Part shown: in pieces, positions 7,826 to 17,637 of the stretch
Position numbering within the stretch: position 1 is the first letter of the stretch
How the letters are laid out: every line of letters begins with the position of its first letter
IMG/VR virus record: IMGVR_UViG_3300005611_000081
Coordinates: 1 to 37,704 of that record
DNA: 37,704 nt
Origin: a virus
Taxonomy: Duplodnaviria; Caudoviricetes
Strand: one strand, 5' to 3'
The notes under the pieces: model-generated
What the model was told of the DNA's origin: nothing
Databases searched by the model: none
The model's input: only the letters and a program-made list of their open reading frames with translations
Position numbers and translations under genes: made by a program

Positions 7826-8481
7826 TATACAAAACCTCCCGACATAGCCGCGCCCGCTGCTTGCCCGCCTAGCTGTAATAATTGATTCGTAAATTGTGTA
7901 TTTGCTTGTGCCGCGCCTAACAACCCAGATGCCCTAGCTTCCGCCGCCGTTTGACCAAGATTAGCAATATTACCAGCCGTTTGAGCGCCAAATTGGCCAA
8001 TATTTGTAACAGCACTTTGGCCTTGACCTGCTAATTGTCCGAGTCTGCCGAATTGGTTTTGAAAGTCTTGCTGTGCGATACCCGCCGCTTGCTCTTGTAA
8101 TGCCGTGCGAACATTGCCGCCACCCAAGCCGCCAATAGCTGAAGCGTTTCGTAAAAGCGCTTTTTCTTGTCGCTCTCTTAAAAAACGTTGACCTGGTGAT
8201 TCTGTGAACTGGTTGAATGCTTGCTGTTGAGCTTCTGCGCCGCTTAGACCTAAAAGCGCCTGCTGTTGTGCTAGTGCGGAAACACCCGCCTCTTGGAATG
8301 GTTGTAGGTTTTGCTGAGTAACGTCAAATTGTCTACGCTGCTCATCTATGCCAGCGAACGCCGCTTGTGCTTGAAGGTCGCCTGCTTTTCTGGCAGCTTT
8401 CTGTGCGCCTTCCACTCCTGTTACGTCATCGACCATGCCGAAAGACGCCACCTTTACAACCTTATTTACCAAACTACTCAT
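7825..8481 (-). CDS. DNA transfer/ejection protein (P22 gp7-like)
   Basis: QRRQFDVTQQNLQPF...SPGQRF...LLRNASAIGGLGGGN, with Gly/Ala/Gln-rich composition. Confidence 0.8.
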   Translation of the reverse strand: MSSLVNKVVKVASFGMVDDVTGVEGAQKAARKAGDLQAQAAFAGIDEQRRQFDVTQQNLQPFQEAGVSALAQQQALLGLSGAEAQQQAFNQFTESPGQRFLRERQEKALLRNASAIGGLGGGNVRTALQEQAAGIAQQDFQNQFGRLGQLAGQGQSAVTNIGQFGAQTAGNIANLGQTAAEARASGLLGAAQANTQFTNQLLQLGGQAAGAAMSGGFV

Positions 8482-8942
8482 GCTTTCATCTCCCGACGAA
8501 GTATACCTTTTAAGATTCTATCACAAGCCCCGTCAGACGTTAAGAAACTTTCTCTATCTACGCCTTCTGTGATCATTCCCGCCCTATCAGCCGCCAATAA
8601 TGCACCTTTACAGTGAATAGGAATAACAGCGTTTAGTTTTACAATCTGGTCAGGAACTTCTTCAACAAACCATTTAAATATTTCTTGCACCATATCATCA
8701 TAATGATCTTTAAAATCTCGCAATATGTACGGATGAAACTGTGCAGCGCAACCGCTGATTATTTCTATCTGAGTTAGTCCAACCGATTCGCCGCTTGTGG
8801 TGTAAATTAGCCAGCCGTTTTGTGGCGTTGTTTCGCAGTTTAGGTCGTCAATACTTGCGCCGTACTCTGTTGCATATCTTGCTATTTCAGGCAGCGACAT
8901 AAACATTCTGACTATTTCCGGATTTCTGCATACTGTTATCAA
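8478..8942 (-). CDS. GNAT-fold virion assembly protein (P22 gp14/DUF2824-like)
   Basis: QFHPYIL...KLNAVIP...GMITEGVDRESF pattern and synteny. Probable TTG start overlapping the upstream TGA. Confidence 0.65.
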   Translation of the reverse strand: MITVCRNPEIVRMFMSLPEIARYATEYGASIDDLNCETTPQNGWLIYTTSGESVGLTQIEIISGCAAQFHPYILRDFKDHYDDMVQEIFKWFVEEVPDQIVKLNAVIPIHCKGALLAADRAGMITEGVDRESFLTSDGACDRILKGILRREMKA

Positions 8943-9265
8943 AACTGAACGCCTGAGCATCTAAACGTAATAGTTGTGCCTGTTGAAACTTTTACAAAAA
9001 GACTTTGCCCTGCTGGAATAATCTGGTTAATTAAAGCAGAACCTAAATCCTCGTTAGGGCCGGTAATTGATTTACCGGCTATAACTTGCGTTACTGCAGT
9101 CGCGCTTGTTCCGATATAAGCATCGTATGTTTCTGTTCCTGTCGCCAGCGTAGCAGCGAATGATACAATACGCACGCCAGCGCTAGAAGCTGGTGCCGTG
9201 TAAGCATTTACTGCCGTTGTTACTGTGGGCTGGACACCATCTATAATTGTTACTATTGAAGCCAT
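8939..9265 (-). CDS. Small beta-rich virion protein (possible tail-needle knob)
   Basis: 108 aa, Thr/Ala/Val-rich beta-strand pattern, located between the gp10 and gp14 homologs. Confidence 0.5.
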   Translation of the reverse strand: MASIVTIIDGVQPTVTTAVNAYTAPASSAGVRIVSFAATLATGTETYDAYIGTSATAVTQVIAGKSITGPNEDLGSALINQIIPAGQSLFVKVSTGTTITFRCSGVQF

Positions 9266-9274
9266 GTTATACCC

Positions 9275-9610
9275 TCACATCGTTAAGATGTTTAAAGTGT
9301 CTATCTGTTTTTCTATGTCTGATGTATTGCTAATGTCGCGCTGATTTATAGCTATCTCTAATTCATTTATTCTTTTTTCTAAAATCAATATATGGTTCAT
9401 CGCTAAATTTGTGATCATTTCCAGAGCTTCCAAATTGCCACTAGATGCAGATTCTAAAACCATTGGGCGGATTGAAGATATTAAATCGACATCCGTTTCA
9501 GTGCTATTCGTTTTTGTTGTTAGCCTTTCTAAATATTCAGCAAACCTAGTTGTAGGTATACCGTCCTTGGTCAGAAATTCATTCCTGCGCGGCGGTATCA
9601 AATCAGCCAT
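9275..9610 (-). CDS. Coiled-coil tail protein (gp26 needle position)
   Basis: Heptad pattern ILEKRINELEIAIN; directly follows gp10. Confidence 0.5.
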   Translation of the reverse strand: MADLIPPRRNEFLTKDGIPTTRFAEYLERLTTKTNSTETDVDLISSIRPMVLESASSGNLEALEMITNLAMNHILILEKRINELEIAINQRDISNTSDIEKQIDTLNILTM

Positions 9611-11063
9611 AAATACCACCTTCTGGGTTAGCGGCCAATCCTATTAAATTAGCTCTCACCTTATCTGTAATAGTTAATCCTATTGAGCGTGACACAGGGA
9701 AACGCCCTTGTCTTGTCCAGACAGACCTTTGACCGTATCTGCCTATTTGCCCGATTGACCTAGTAATGCCATCTGTGAACGTCCTGCCGCCGTCGTCTGA
9801 ATAATTCATAGTGACTAATGGGTTGGAGCCGTTGCCTGTTGTTAAACCAACGCCGCTTTCAAACGTCGCTTCGAGATCGCCTGCGAATATTGGCAAGCCT
9901 TGATTTGAGAAAGGCGAAGTAACAGACCGTCTCCAAATCTCATCGTCGTAATAATCAAGCGTATCATAATCCAGTTCGCCAATTACTCCCGTCGCGGAAT
10001 CACCAACCAGCAACTTACCATATGCAAATACGATAGATTGAACACTAAAGCGGTTATCAGTCACGCCTGTTTGAAGCTCAAACCAAACCTTGCTTTGAGT
10101 GTAAGCGCTTGCTGTGGCGTTATATACAAACGTCCTGCTTGGTATGCGTGTTGATTCAATCGTAAACAGCGCGAAGAATTGACCACGGTCAGAATAAGTA
10201 AGCGCAAAAGCCGATTCTATTTCTTCTTGGTTGTATCTTTGCAATTCTCGATCAATAGCATCTGTGCTAATCTTCTGCGCACTCGAACTGCCTGAGACTT
10301 TCCAAACCGCCGCTTTCTCATTCAACCCGCCTCCAATAAAACAAAATGTATTATCAAACTCAACTAATGAGAATGGAGCGCGAACGCCTTTCTGAATGTT
10401 TGCACCTGCTATTCTTTGGAATGGAAATCCCGAACCACCAACGTTTTGAAATAGCTCGATAGTGTCTAAACCGCCAACAAACAATTCATTATGATTAACA
10501 TGCAATCCTGTTATTTTGTCGGGATTTATTTCAGCACTGCCAAAATCTAAAGCATCATAAGTAAAAGGATCGTTCAAAGCCGAGTTAAAGAAAACAGTAC
10601 CGTCATAAGATGAAAATACAAAATAGCCATCTTTATAAACAACGGTAGAAGCTAATCTAAAATCAACGTCTGTAATGGGTAGTAGTGTATTGTCTACATT
10701 GTCATAAGCGTAACAAGTGGAGCCTGGGACAACTATAACAAGATAACGCCCGTTCGTTGCCATTGACACGCGGCCTAAGCCGGTAATAGTGCCGTGATTA
10801 TTCACTACGTTTGAAGATGATACGCTTATTAGACTTGTGCCATTAACGAAATAAGGTATTCCAGCCATTGCCAAGCCGCCACGGTTAGCGCCTAGTCCTG
10901 AATCAACTAATGATTTAAGGCCCAAAGGTTGAGCCAAGTATCTATCTGTTAAACCGGCGGCCTCGCCAACTGTGGGAACCCAATTAACACAACGCTGAGC
11001 CGAGAACGGCAAGCTATCAGATTGATAGAAAGTGAACCCAATAGGCAGTTGAACGCGAGGCAT
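9603..11063 (-). CDS. Packaged DNA stabilization / tail hub protein (P22 gp10-like)
   Basis: 486-aa beta-propeller-like pattern: GRVSMATNG, VVYKDGYFVF, ALDFGSAEINPD, YSDDGGRTF. Confidence 0.88.
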   Translation of the reverse strand: MPRVQLPIGFTFYQSDSLPFSAQRCVNWVPTVGEAAGLTDRYLAQPLGLKSLVDSGLGANRGGLAMAGIPYFVNGTSLISVSSSNVVNNHGTITGLGRVSMATNGRYLVIVVPGSTCYAYDNVDNTLLPITDVDFRLASTVVYKDGYFVFSSYDGTVFFNSALNDPFTYDALDFGSAEINPDKITGLHVNHNELFVGGLDTIELFQNVGGSGFPFQRIAGANIQKGVRAPFSLVEFDNTFCFIGGGLNEKAAVWKVSGSSSAQKISTDAIDRELQRYNQEEIESAFALTYSDRGQFFALFTIESTRIPSRTFVYNATASAYTQSKVWFELQTGVTDNRFSVQSIVFAYGKLLVGDSATGVIGELDYDTLDYYDDEIWRRSVTSPFSNQGLPIFAGDLEATFESGVGLTTGNGSNPLVTMNYSDDGGRTFTDGITRSIGQIGRYGQRSVWTRQGRFPVSRSIGLTITDKVRANLIGLAANPEGGIYG

Positions 11064-11494
11064 TAAAAATTCTCGCTTTTGTTTGGAGTGTAAAAACGGT
11101 TATCTTCTGTGTAGCAATCGTTTCCTGATCCTGTTGGCAGTGTATCAGGATATGCAACATCACCGATGTAGACGGTCGAAGCTAACAATCTGTTATAAGT
11201 CTGTAAAGCAATAGCCGCTAATGATGGCGTGATTTGTCGGCCAAATATAGGCGCAATTCTAACAGCTAGATTGTTTTTTACAGCACCAACAGCGTCACGC
11301 TCAATATTAACAGTGTCAGTGCTTAGTGATACGTCAGTGAATGTCGGAGTCACATTAGAGTCAGCCCACTCTGACAACATATCATTCATCTCATCGAAGA
11401 TAACTTGATAATCAGATGCTTCTAGCGCAATTTCGGCAGTCTTAACGCCTATTTTTTCCGCTGCCGCGTTTACGATCTGTAATGCTGTTGTCAT
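11063..11494 (-). CDS. Head-to-tail adaptor (P22 gp4-like)
   Basis: IVNAAAEKIGV...MNDMLSEW...NLAVRIAPIFG...YPDTLPTGSGN. Confidence 0.85.
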   Translation of the reverse strand: MTTALQIVNAAAEKIGVKTAEIALEASDYQVIFDEMNDMLSEWADSNVTPTFTDVSLSTDTVNIERDAVGAVKNNLAVRIAPIFGRQITPSLAAIALQTYNRLLASTVYIGDVAYPDTLPTGSGNDCYTEDNRFYTPNKSENF

Positions 11495-11606
11495 TCTGCT
11501 TGACCTCGTTTGATCGCTTCCAACCTAGATTTTCAGCCTCGATTATACTCGCTTTTTCTTCATTAGTTGTAATTTTTGAGCCGTTTGGTTTAGTCCATTC
11601 AATCAT
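11442..11606 (-). CDS. Small hypothetical protein, 54 aa (MIEWTKPNGSKITTNEEK...)
   Basis: Read by hand. RBS CAGGTGA; lies between the coat terminator and gp4. Confidence 0.55.
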   Translation of the reverse strand: MIEWTKPNGSKITTNEEKASIIEAENLGWKRSNEVKQNDNSITDRKRGSGKNRR

Positions 11607-11616
11607 ATATCACCTG

Positions 11617-11640
11617 AAAAAATAAGGGGCCGAAGCCCCT
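11617..11640 (-). terminator. Rho-independent terminator after the coat gene
   Basis: Minus strand AGGGGC-TTCG-GCCCCT-TATTTTTT (cUUCGg tetraloop). Confidence 0.88.
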
Positions 11641-11645
11641 GAGTA

Positions 11646-12920
11646 TTAACCCCAACCTTGACCAGCAAAGAAAGGATTAAGAACGCTATAAGCGGGGCGT
11701 AAGTCAAAACGAACGATCTGCTTATTCTCACGGATTGACGCGCCTTTAGAGACACGAATCTGTAAGCCGTCTTTAGTTGTACCCAAAGTATCTGTGCTGT
11801 AAAGCTTAGCGATTGGTACCGAACCGATGCCGAACGCTTGCTTATGCCAGAACAGGTTAGGCTGGTACATTGTTGAAGCTGCGCCCAACAATGTAATAAC
11901 ATCACCAGATACAGGTGCGGAATCAACAGTATTGTAAGCGCCAGTTGCTTCATAGATAGCTGGGCCGCTAATAACAATCGTTCCTGTACCTGTACCACTT
12001 AAAGTAACGTCAGTCTTCACAGTTGCTGTAAATACTACGTTAGCACCTGATCCATTGACGATAGGCTGTCTAGTGCTTAGGTTCAAACGGTTACGACCTG
12101 TGATCTGAATCACTTCACCAGCTTTGATCGGCAGGTTAGCTTGAAATCCTGACACGCTTAAAGATTGCGTCATGGTATCTTTGGCAGTTGCGTAAGTTAC
12201 ATCAGGGTTCGCCGCTAGCGCGCCAACTCGATCAGCGCCAGCGCCAGAAGTGACACTTGATAACGTTGTTGCCGTCATGACTTTCATTCCTGCGAAGTTG
12301 TCAGAAATGATAGCTTTGCGGTGAGCTTCTGAAATCAAGCCGCCTGCACTACCGCCTGCACCTAAAGAACGCTGGTTTGATGCTAGGCTGGTTTGAGTGT
12401 ACGGATTGACCGCGTAGCACCAAGGTTGATCTGAAGGAATACCGCTAGATGCCATTACAGCTCCTGCCGCCGCAACATCATCCCAAGTCGTTACCGCTGC
12501 ACCATAAGTACCAGCCAACAATGCGTTATTCTTGCGCATGAAGTTTGCAAAATCGACCTCCATATCAGTGATGATACGGTTAGCCGCCGGAGCGATAAGC
12601 TCGTCTAGCTGATCCATCTTGATTGCTTGATCTGCTTCTTTCCAATCAAGCTCTACAGTGAAGTAGTCTTGAACTGTACCAGATGCCTTGCCAGTGATAA
12701 TTGATTGAGCTGTGCCAGCCGATACATCACCGTCAGTAGTACGGCTAGACTTGTAATCAGTAGGTCGTTTAAAGTCTACAGTGTCACCCGTTGAAGGGTT
12801 GAACGCATTAGACAATAGTTGAGTGTTTACGTTTTTAGATAAAACGCGGTTTGATTCAAACTTTTCTAAAAAGACACGCGCAAGTTTGCGGGTGACGTTA
12901 CTATCGAAATCGTTAGCCAT
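11646..12920 (-). CDS. Major capsid protein (P22 gp5-like coat protein)
   Basis: 424 aa; GDTVDFKRP, an insertion domain (GEVIQITG), NLFWHKQAF and VRFD motifs. Confidence 0.92.
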   Translation of the reverse strand: MANDFDSNVTRKLARVFLEKFESNRVLSKNVNTQLLSNAFNPSTGDTVDFKRPTDYKSSRTTDGDVSAGTAQSIITGKASGTVQDYFTVELDWKEADQAIKMDQLDELIAPAANRIITDMEVDFANFMRKNNALLAGTYGAAVTTWDDVAAAGAVMASSGIPSDQPWCYAVNPYTQTSLASNQRSLGAGGSAGGLISEAHRKAIISDNFAGMKVMTATTLSSVTSGAGADRVGALAANPDVTYATAKDTMTQSLSVSGFQANLPIKAGEVIQITGRNRLNLSTRQPIVNGSGANVVFTATVKTDVTLSGTGTGTIVISGPAIYEATGAYNTVDSAPVSGDVITLLGAASTMYQPNLFWHKQAFGIGSVPIAKLYSTDTLGTTKDGLQIRVSKGASIRENKQIVRFDLRPAYSVLNPFFAGQGWG

Positions 12921-12936
12921 TTTAAGGACTCCTTAA

Positions 12937-13683
12937 TTATTCAAAAACTGCCCCGTCCGGCCCTCGATCTTTTGACAAAGAGCCGCCTGAATTAATCGGC
13001 TCGATGGGGTCAGGCGCTGCACTAAGTTTAATATCTGGTTTTTTGTTCAAACTAGCCGAAAGTTTACCGATGTATAAAAGCGCTTGTGTTGGTGCCATGC
13101 TTGCCAATTTATCAGCTTGGTCTAAATGCGTACCAAGATGGTAAATCAATTCAGCTCCCTCTTCTGCCAATGTTAGTGCCTGAGCAACGCCAGGATCTAA
13201 TGTTGGTATTGAGTTTGCAGCATCCCAAAAATCAGGCTTATTAAGCTTTTCAACTCGCTCATTAAAAGCGGCTTGCGCCTCTTGTGCTTGAGCTTGCTGT
13301 CTTGCTTTGGCCTGCGAAGCTTCTTTATCTTGAATTGCTTTTTGTACTCTGTACTCAATAAGCGCTTCTTGATAACTTGAGTCATCATAATCAAAATCCT
13401 CAAGGTTTGGCTTTTTAGCCTCTTCTTTCGGTTTTGACTCTAACTCTTCTAGCCGCTTGCGAAGCTCTTCAGCTTCTCGCTTTGCATCGTATTTTTCTTT
13501 CGTTAGCTTGTTGAAACGCTTTTGAATGTTATCCGGTTCTGGCGTTTCTTCCTGTTCCGGTTCAACCTCTGGCGCTTCTTCTTCGGGTGCTGATTCCGAT
13601 GTTTCGTTGATTTCATTCTCTATGGCCTCTTCGAGATCATAGGTAGCTTCATCAACTTGTGCAGCGTTTTCTTCATTACTCAT
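12937..13683 (-). CDS. Scaffolding protein
   Basis: Acidic N-terminus, IQKRFNKLTKEKY coiled coil, KPNLEDFDYD, GAELIYHLG and SAAPDPIEPI; lies between portal and coat. Confidence 0.85.
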   Translation of the reverse strand: MSNEENAAQVDEATYDLEEAIENEINETSESAPEEEAPEVEPEQEETPEPDNIQKRFNKLTKEKYDAKREAEELRKRLEELESKPKEEAKKPNLEDFDYDDSSYQEALIEYRVQKAIQDKEASQAKARQQAQAQEAQAAFNERVEKLNKPDFWDAANSIPTLDPGVAQALTLAEEGAELIYHLGTHLDQADKLASMAPTQALLYIGKLSASLNKKPDIKLSAAPDPIEPINSGGSLSKDRGPDGAVFE

Positions 13684-13727
13684 TTATTCAGCCCTAAAAA
13701 AGGTAGTCAGCCGAGAATACGCTTCTC

Positions 13728-13767
13728 GTATGCGTAAAACTTTACAATGTATAGATTGTATACTCAA
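13728..13767 (-). promoter_or_regulatory. Candidate internal late promoter for scaffold/coat
   Basis: TTGAGT-17-TAAAGT followed by CGCATAC, which is shared with the 22519-22557 site. Confidence 0.4.
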
Positions 13768-13769
13768 AA

Positions 13770-15944
13770 CTATTGACTTTCAATATTTTGACCTGCTTGC
13801 GTGCTTGGCTGCTCTACTGTTGGCCTGCGAGTAGCGCCGCTTGGTTCACCTGGTGCGACTTGACCTTGTTGCGCCTGCATCATTCGCGCTAGGTCTTGCG
13901 CCTCTTCTGAGTTTGGGCCATCGTCTATTTCTTGCTGGCCTTCGCGCATAATATCAAGCTGTTTGACCACAACGCTTCGATCTTGTGGCGATAACTGCAA
14001 GCCCATAGCCGCTTTTTTCTCTAGCGCTTCAATCAATGATCTATATGTTTCAATCGTTGACTGTTGAGCCTTCAATAGTTTAGCGGTTGTGTCTGCATCT
14101 TTGTTCTTAATATCACTAATTAACTTCTCAGACTGTATCTGAATATTCTCAGTGATTGCTTGCTGCTGCGGGTCTGGCGCTTGTGGTTGATCTAATCCCA
14201 ACTCTTTAATCTCTTCTTCGCTTGGCTCAACTATGCCCTGCTTGATCATCACACGTCTGACACGTTTAGTTAGCTCTTTGGATTCAAGTATTGGCAAGTC
14301 TTTAGCGACTAAATCCATAGCTAATTGCTCAAACATCGGGCTTGTGCCGATCAATTCAAGTATCTGTTGTGCTGATTCTTGGCGCTGCGATGCAAAAGCT
14401 GGGCCAGTTTCAGCTACTATGTCGTATTTGCCTGACGTTAAATCATTAACAATGATTGGCTGTCCTGTTTGGTTATCGATTATTTCCTGATTAATTGTGA
14501 CAAGCTCAGTCTCACCGTCTTGCATCATTACACGCACTTGTCTTTCGGTGTCGTAAGTGCGCGGTATTAGATCGACTAATATTTCCGCAGTGTACTCGAT
14601 AGACTTTGTTAAGTTGTCAGTGAATATAAACTGGCCGCGATCACCAAGGCGTTCTTGTGCTTGGATAGCCTTTCCTGATTTCAGCTCAGGATTAGCGGCG
14701 AATGAAGGCGGCTGCATGCCTGTTACGTGATATAAGTCCATGCTTGCTTGGTTAATCTGTTGAAGTATTGCAGACTGTACCGCTGGTGCGCCGCCTCGTT
14801 GCGGTGGTGCGCCTCCTGTTGACGGGTCAGGATTATACGGCATGAACGGACTGTTGCGCGTATTAAAATTGCGATATTTATCTTCATGGCCTGCAACTTG
14901 CGTAGGCGTGTACCAAATAGGGTCTTTCGGCGTCAAGGCTGTTGTCTCAATCGCTGAGCTTGTCGCATAGTTGTAAATTCTATTCGCATCCTTAGCGAAT
15001 CTAACCAAGCCGCGTGTGTACTCTTTGCCATTAATAAACGATTGACGACCATAAACAGGCACTAAAGGAATATATTTTCCAGCCCAAGGCTTAGGCCCAT
15101 CTAAAAATCCTGAGCCGTTCATTAAATACATTTCGACTTTATGGCTTTTGACTTTGCGAGTTTTAACAACTGTCACGCCCTGCAAGGCAAGCTCATCAAG
15201 TGCCGCGCCATCTTCTTTTAAATCGATTACGCGCCCATCTGACAGCTTGGCAATTTCGCGCATCATTGGAGTTTTAACCCAATATTCTGCAACTCTTACA
15301 GTATCTTCACTCATCCAAGATTGACAAGCTGATCGATTCTCGTGAGAGTCAAAATTAACTAAAGGCTTGTCTGGAAAACGCGCCTCGTGTTCTTCTTTTG
15401 TCATCTCAACCGTTAGGAAAGCCCAGTTTGCGTCTCGCTTATCATATTCTTTAGCAGCCGGATCGAACCATAAAGAAGTAGTAGCACCTAGAATTGGTTT
15501 GATAACTAGGTCTTGTTCAAAAGCATCATCGTCGTTAAATTGTGACAATACGCGCCATCCACCATAGCCGCCATTAACAACTTCATCGAACGCGTTGTCA
15601 TAAGCGTTAGCCGCTTTGCTGTAGCCTTCGATATTACGAATTAATCCGCTCATTACTTCCGCTACATCTTCCGACGCGCCACCAGATACGGGGCGAATCT
15701 TGATAGATGTTCTGTTTTGTCGTTGGTCGCCTATTAGCTGATCAATAGCGCCCGCTATGCGGTTAATAGTATAACGTGGTCGGCCTTTACGCTTCTCGAT
15801 AGCGTCATCATCCCACTGACCGTCTTCAGATTGAGCAAACTTTAAATCTTCAACAGCGAGTGATCGCTGATCTTTTTCTTTAGTCTCAACTTGCTCAAAT
15901 CGTTGCAGCGCAAGTCTATGCATTTTGTCTTTATCTTCTTTCAT
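13770..15944 (-). CDS. Portal protein (P22 gp1-like)
   Basis: GQWDD...RPRYTINRI, VRVAEYW, YIPLVPVYG, GLVRFAKDANRIYNY, SGKAI and GKYDIVAETGP; C-terminal helical barrel region. Confidence 0.93.
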   Translation of the reverse strand: MKEDKDKMHRLALQRFEQVETKEKDQRSLAVEDLKFAQSEDGQWDDDAIEKRKGRPRYTINRIAGAIDQLIGDQRQNRTSIKIRPVSGGASEDVAEVMSGLIRNIEGYSKAANAYDNAFDEVVNGGYGGWRVLSQFNDDDAFEQDLVIKPILGATTSLWFDPAAKEYDKRDANWAFLTVEMTKEEHEARFPDKPLVNFDSHENRSACQSWMSEDTVRVAEYWVKTPMMREIAKLSDGRVIDLKEDGAALDELALQGVTVVKTRKVKSHKVEMYLMNGSGFLDGPKPWAGKYIPLVPVYGRQSFINGKEYTRGLVRFAKDANRIYNYATSSAIETTALTPKDPIWYTPTQVAGHEDKYRNFNTRNSPFMPYNPDPSTGGAPPQRGGAPAVQSAILQQINQASMDLYHVTGMQPPSFAANPELKSGKAIQAQERLGDRGQFIFTDNLTKSIEYTAEILVDLIPRTYDTERQVRVMMQDGETELVTINQEIIDNQTGQPIIVNDLTSGKYDIVAETGPAFASQRQESAQQILELIGTSPMFEQLAMDLVAKDLPILESKELTKRVRRVMIKQGIVEPSEEEIKELGLDQPQAPDPQQQAITENIQIQSEKLISDIKNKDADTTAKLLKAQQSTIETYRSLIEALEKKAAMGLQLSPQDRSVVVKQLDIMREGQQEIDDGPNSEEAQDLARMMQAQQGQVAPGEPSGATRRPTVEQPSTQAGQNIESQ

Positions 15945-15946
15945 TG

Positions 15947-17383
15947 CTACCACTCCGAGGCGAAGTCTATTGATTGTGTATTTACTATTGGCGGCGTATA
16001 TAGCGCCATCATCATACTATCAGCCATGTTTGGTGAATTGATTTGTAAATTCTTCATTTCTAGCTTAGTCATAATCTGATATAGGCCGTTATTATTTGGC
16101 TTCAATGGTATTCGACATAATTCAGATTTCAACCTGTCCATATCTTCCACACCATCAGAATCAATACTTATCATTTCTTCAGGATCAATATATTCGCCGT
16201 TTTCAACGCAGCGATAAGTATTATAAAACCGCTTGGCTAATCTCATGTAATATTGAGCGCGGTTATTTTTAAATGTTTGTGAATATGTCTTAGTGTTCGT
16301 GTCTGTTACGTCAATCTGCTGAAACACGGAATTAGCGTTATCTTGACCTGAACCAGAAAGCGAACCTCTAAACATATGATGTTGTATTTTCTTACCTTGG
16401 AATGCGTCGGAAACTTGACGCTTTAAGCCTGCGCCCATTCCGTCACCATCCCACACGAACCAATCGGCATTGTCTTGGATTGCTTTGCCTGTAGCCCAAT
16501 CACATCCCTCGTCTATCTCGCCTGTATCTTTAGCCTGGACCTTCTTAAATATCGAAGCGTGACGCAATGCGTAGCCCTTGGCGTCTGTTCCGGTGTCGCT
16601 AGGGTCGTGAGCGGCAACAACCGCGCCTCTAGGCTCAAACACTTTATCGAGTCTAGGCAGTTTATGCGCATCAACAGCCGCTTCAAACCATTCTAGCTTA
16701 ATGATGCTATTCTCTACGCTGTCATTCGTTTCGCCTAGCCAAATATGATTGTACTCCGCTCTCGATTTAGTATCTTTGTGCTTTAATCTAAGCTGTTCCA
16801 AGTTGCTAGGAAAAAAGGGATTGTCTGTATAATTCGTCTTGATGATCATGTGTAGATCATCCTCGTAATACCCTTTTTCTGTCAGCTCATTCTCAAACGG
16901 CTTTATAAATTCTTGATAAATCGGGTCAGCACTAGACATTGGATTGAACGTTAGCCATAGCTCGGATGACTCCGCTCTTAATGTCGGTATCAACAAATCA
17001 AGCGAGCGTTTTGACAGTGTTGCCGCTTCTTCAACCCAAAAAATATCAAAGCCGTGCATAGACTTAACTGATTCTGGATTTCTAGCTAAGCCCTTGTATC
17101 TAATCGCGCCGCCTGTGTCGCTCGTGATTTCAGACCTTAGCACCTCAAAACCTTCTAGCTCTAACCTGTTTATCTCATCTTCAAATAGCGCGTGAACAGA
17201 ATCATCTATCGAATTCATGTGTTCACGCATACCGCTAATTCTTGCGCCTTCAGTCTTGCATTTTAATAGCAGTAAATCTGCTACAGTCATTGACTTACCG
17301 CTACCACGGCCGCCGTAAATAACCTTAAATTTTTTAGGCCTTAATAACGGCTCGAGCTTTTCGGGTATCTGTATGCGCGGCAT
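15947..17383 (-). CDS. terL: Terminase large subunit (PBSX/Terminase_3-like)
   Basis: Walker A YGGRGSGKS, Walker B FWVEEA, LIPTLR, TFNP, and C-terminal nuclease motifs HDPS and SPNMADS. Confidence 0.95.
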   Translation of the reverse strand: MPRIQIPEKLEPLLRPKKFKVIYGGRGSGKSMTVADLLLLKCKTEGARISGMREHMNSIDDSVHALFEDEINRLELEGFEVLRSEITSDTGGAIRYKGLARNPESVKSMHGFDIFWVEEAATLSKRSLDLLIPTLRAESSELWLTFNPMSSADPIYQEFIKPFENELTEKGYYEDDLHMIIKTNYTDNPFFPSNLEQLRLKHKDTKSRAEYNHIWLGETNDSVENSIIKLEWFEAAVDAHKLPRLDKVFEPRGAVVAAHDPSDTGTDAKGYALRHASIFKKVQAKDTGEIDEGCDWATGKAIQDNADWFVWDGDGMGAGLKRQVSDAFQGKKIQHHMFRGSLSGSGQDNANSVFQQIDVTDTNTKTYSQTFKNNRAQYYMRLAKRFYNTYRCVENGEYIDPEEMISIDSDGVEDMDRLKSELCRIPLKPNNNGLYQIMTKLEMKNLQINSPNMADSMMMALYTPPIVNTQSIDFASEW

Positions 17384-17637
17384 TAAGCAGATTTAACTAT
17401 TTCAATCGTAAATTTATTATCCACTCTAACCGCGCCGCCATCCTCGCCGGTTACTTCGACCTGTTTTAAATCGGGTAGCGTCTTTCTTAGTAATATCTCT
17501 ATTGCTTTAATCCTGGTAGCGCTCAAATCAGAATCTTCTAGCGCGTGCTTAGTTAATACGTTTATTAACTGTGTCGTTTGTATCTTTTCACGCGTCTTTG
17601 CTGCATGAGATGCATTTATTTTTATATGCTTAGGCAT
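17383..17637 (-). CDS. terS: Terminase small subunit
   Basis: 84 aa immediately upstream of terL; RIKAIEILLRKTLPDLKQVEVTGEDGGAV tail. Confidence 0.75.
   Translation of the reverse strand: MPKHIKINASHAAKTREKIQTTQLINVLTKHALEDSDLSATRIKAIEILLRKTLPDLKQVEVTGEDGGAVRVDNKFTIEIVKSA

Noticed and set aside
11603-11998. 131-aa alternative-frame ORF overlapping the coat 3' end (possible frameshift extension)
   Set aside because: No convincing slippery site was seen, it runs through the terminator, and the sequence is not protein-like.
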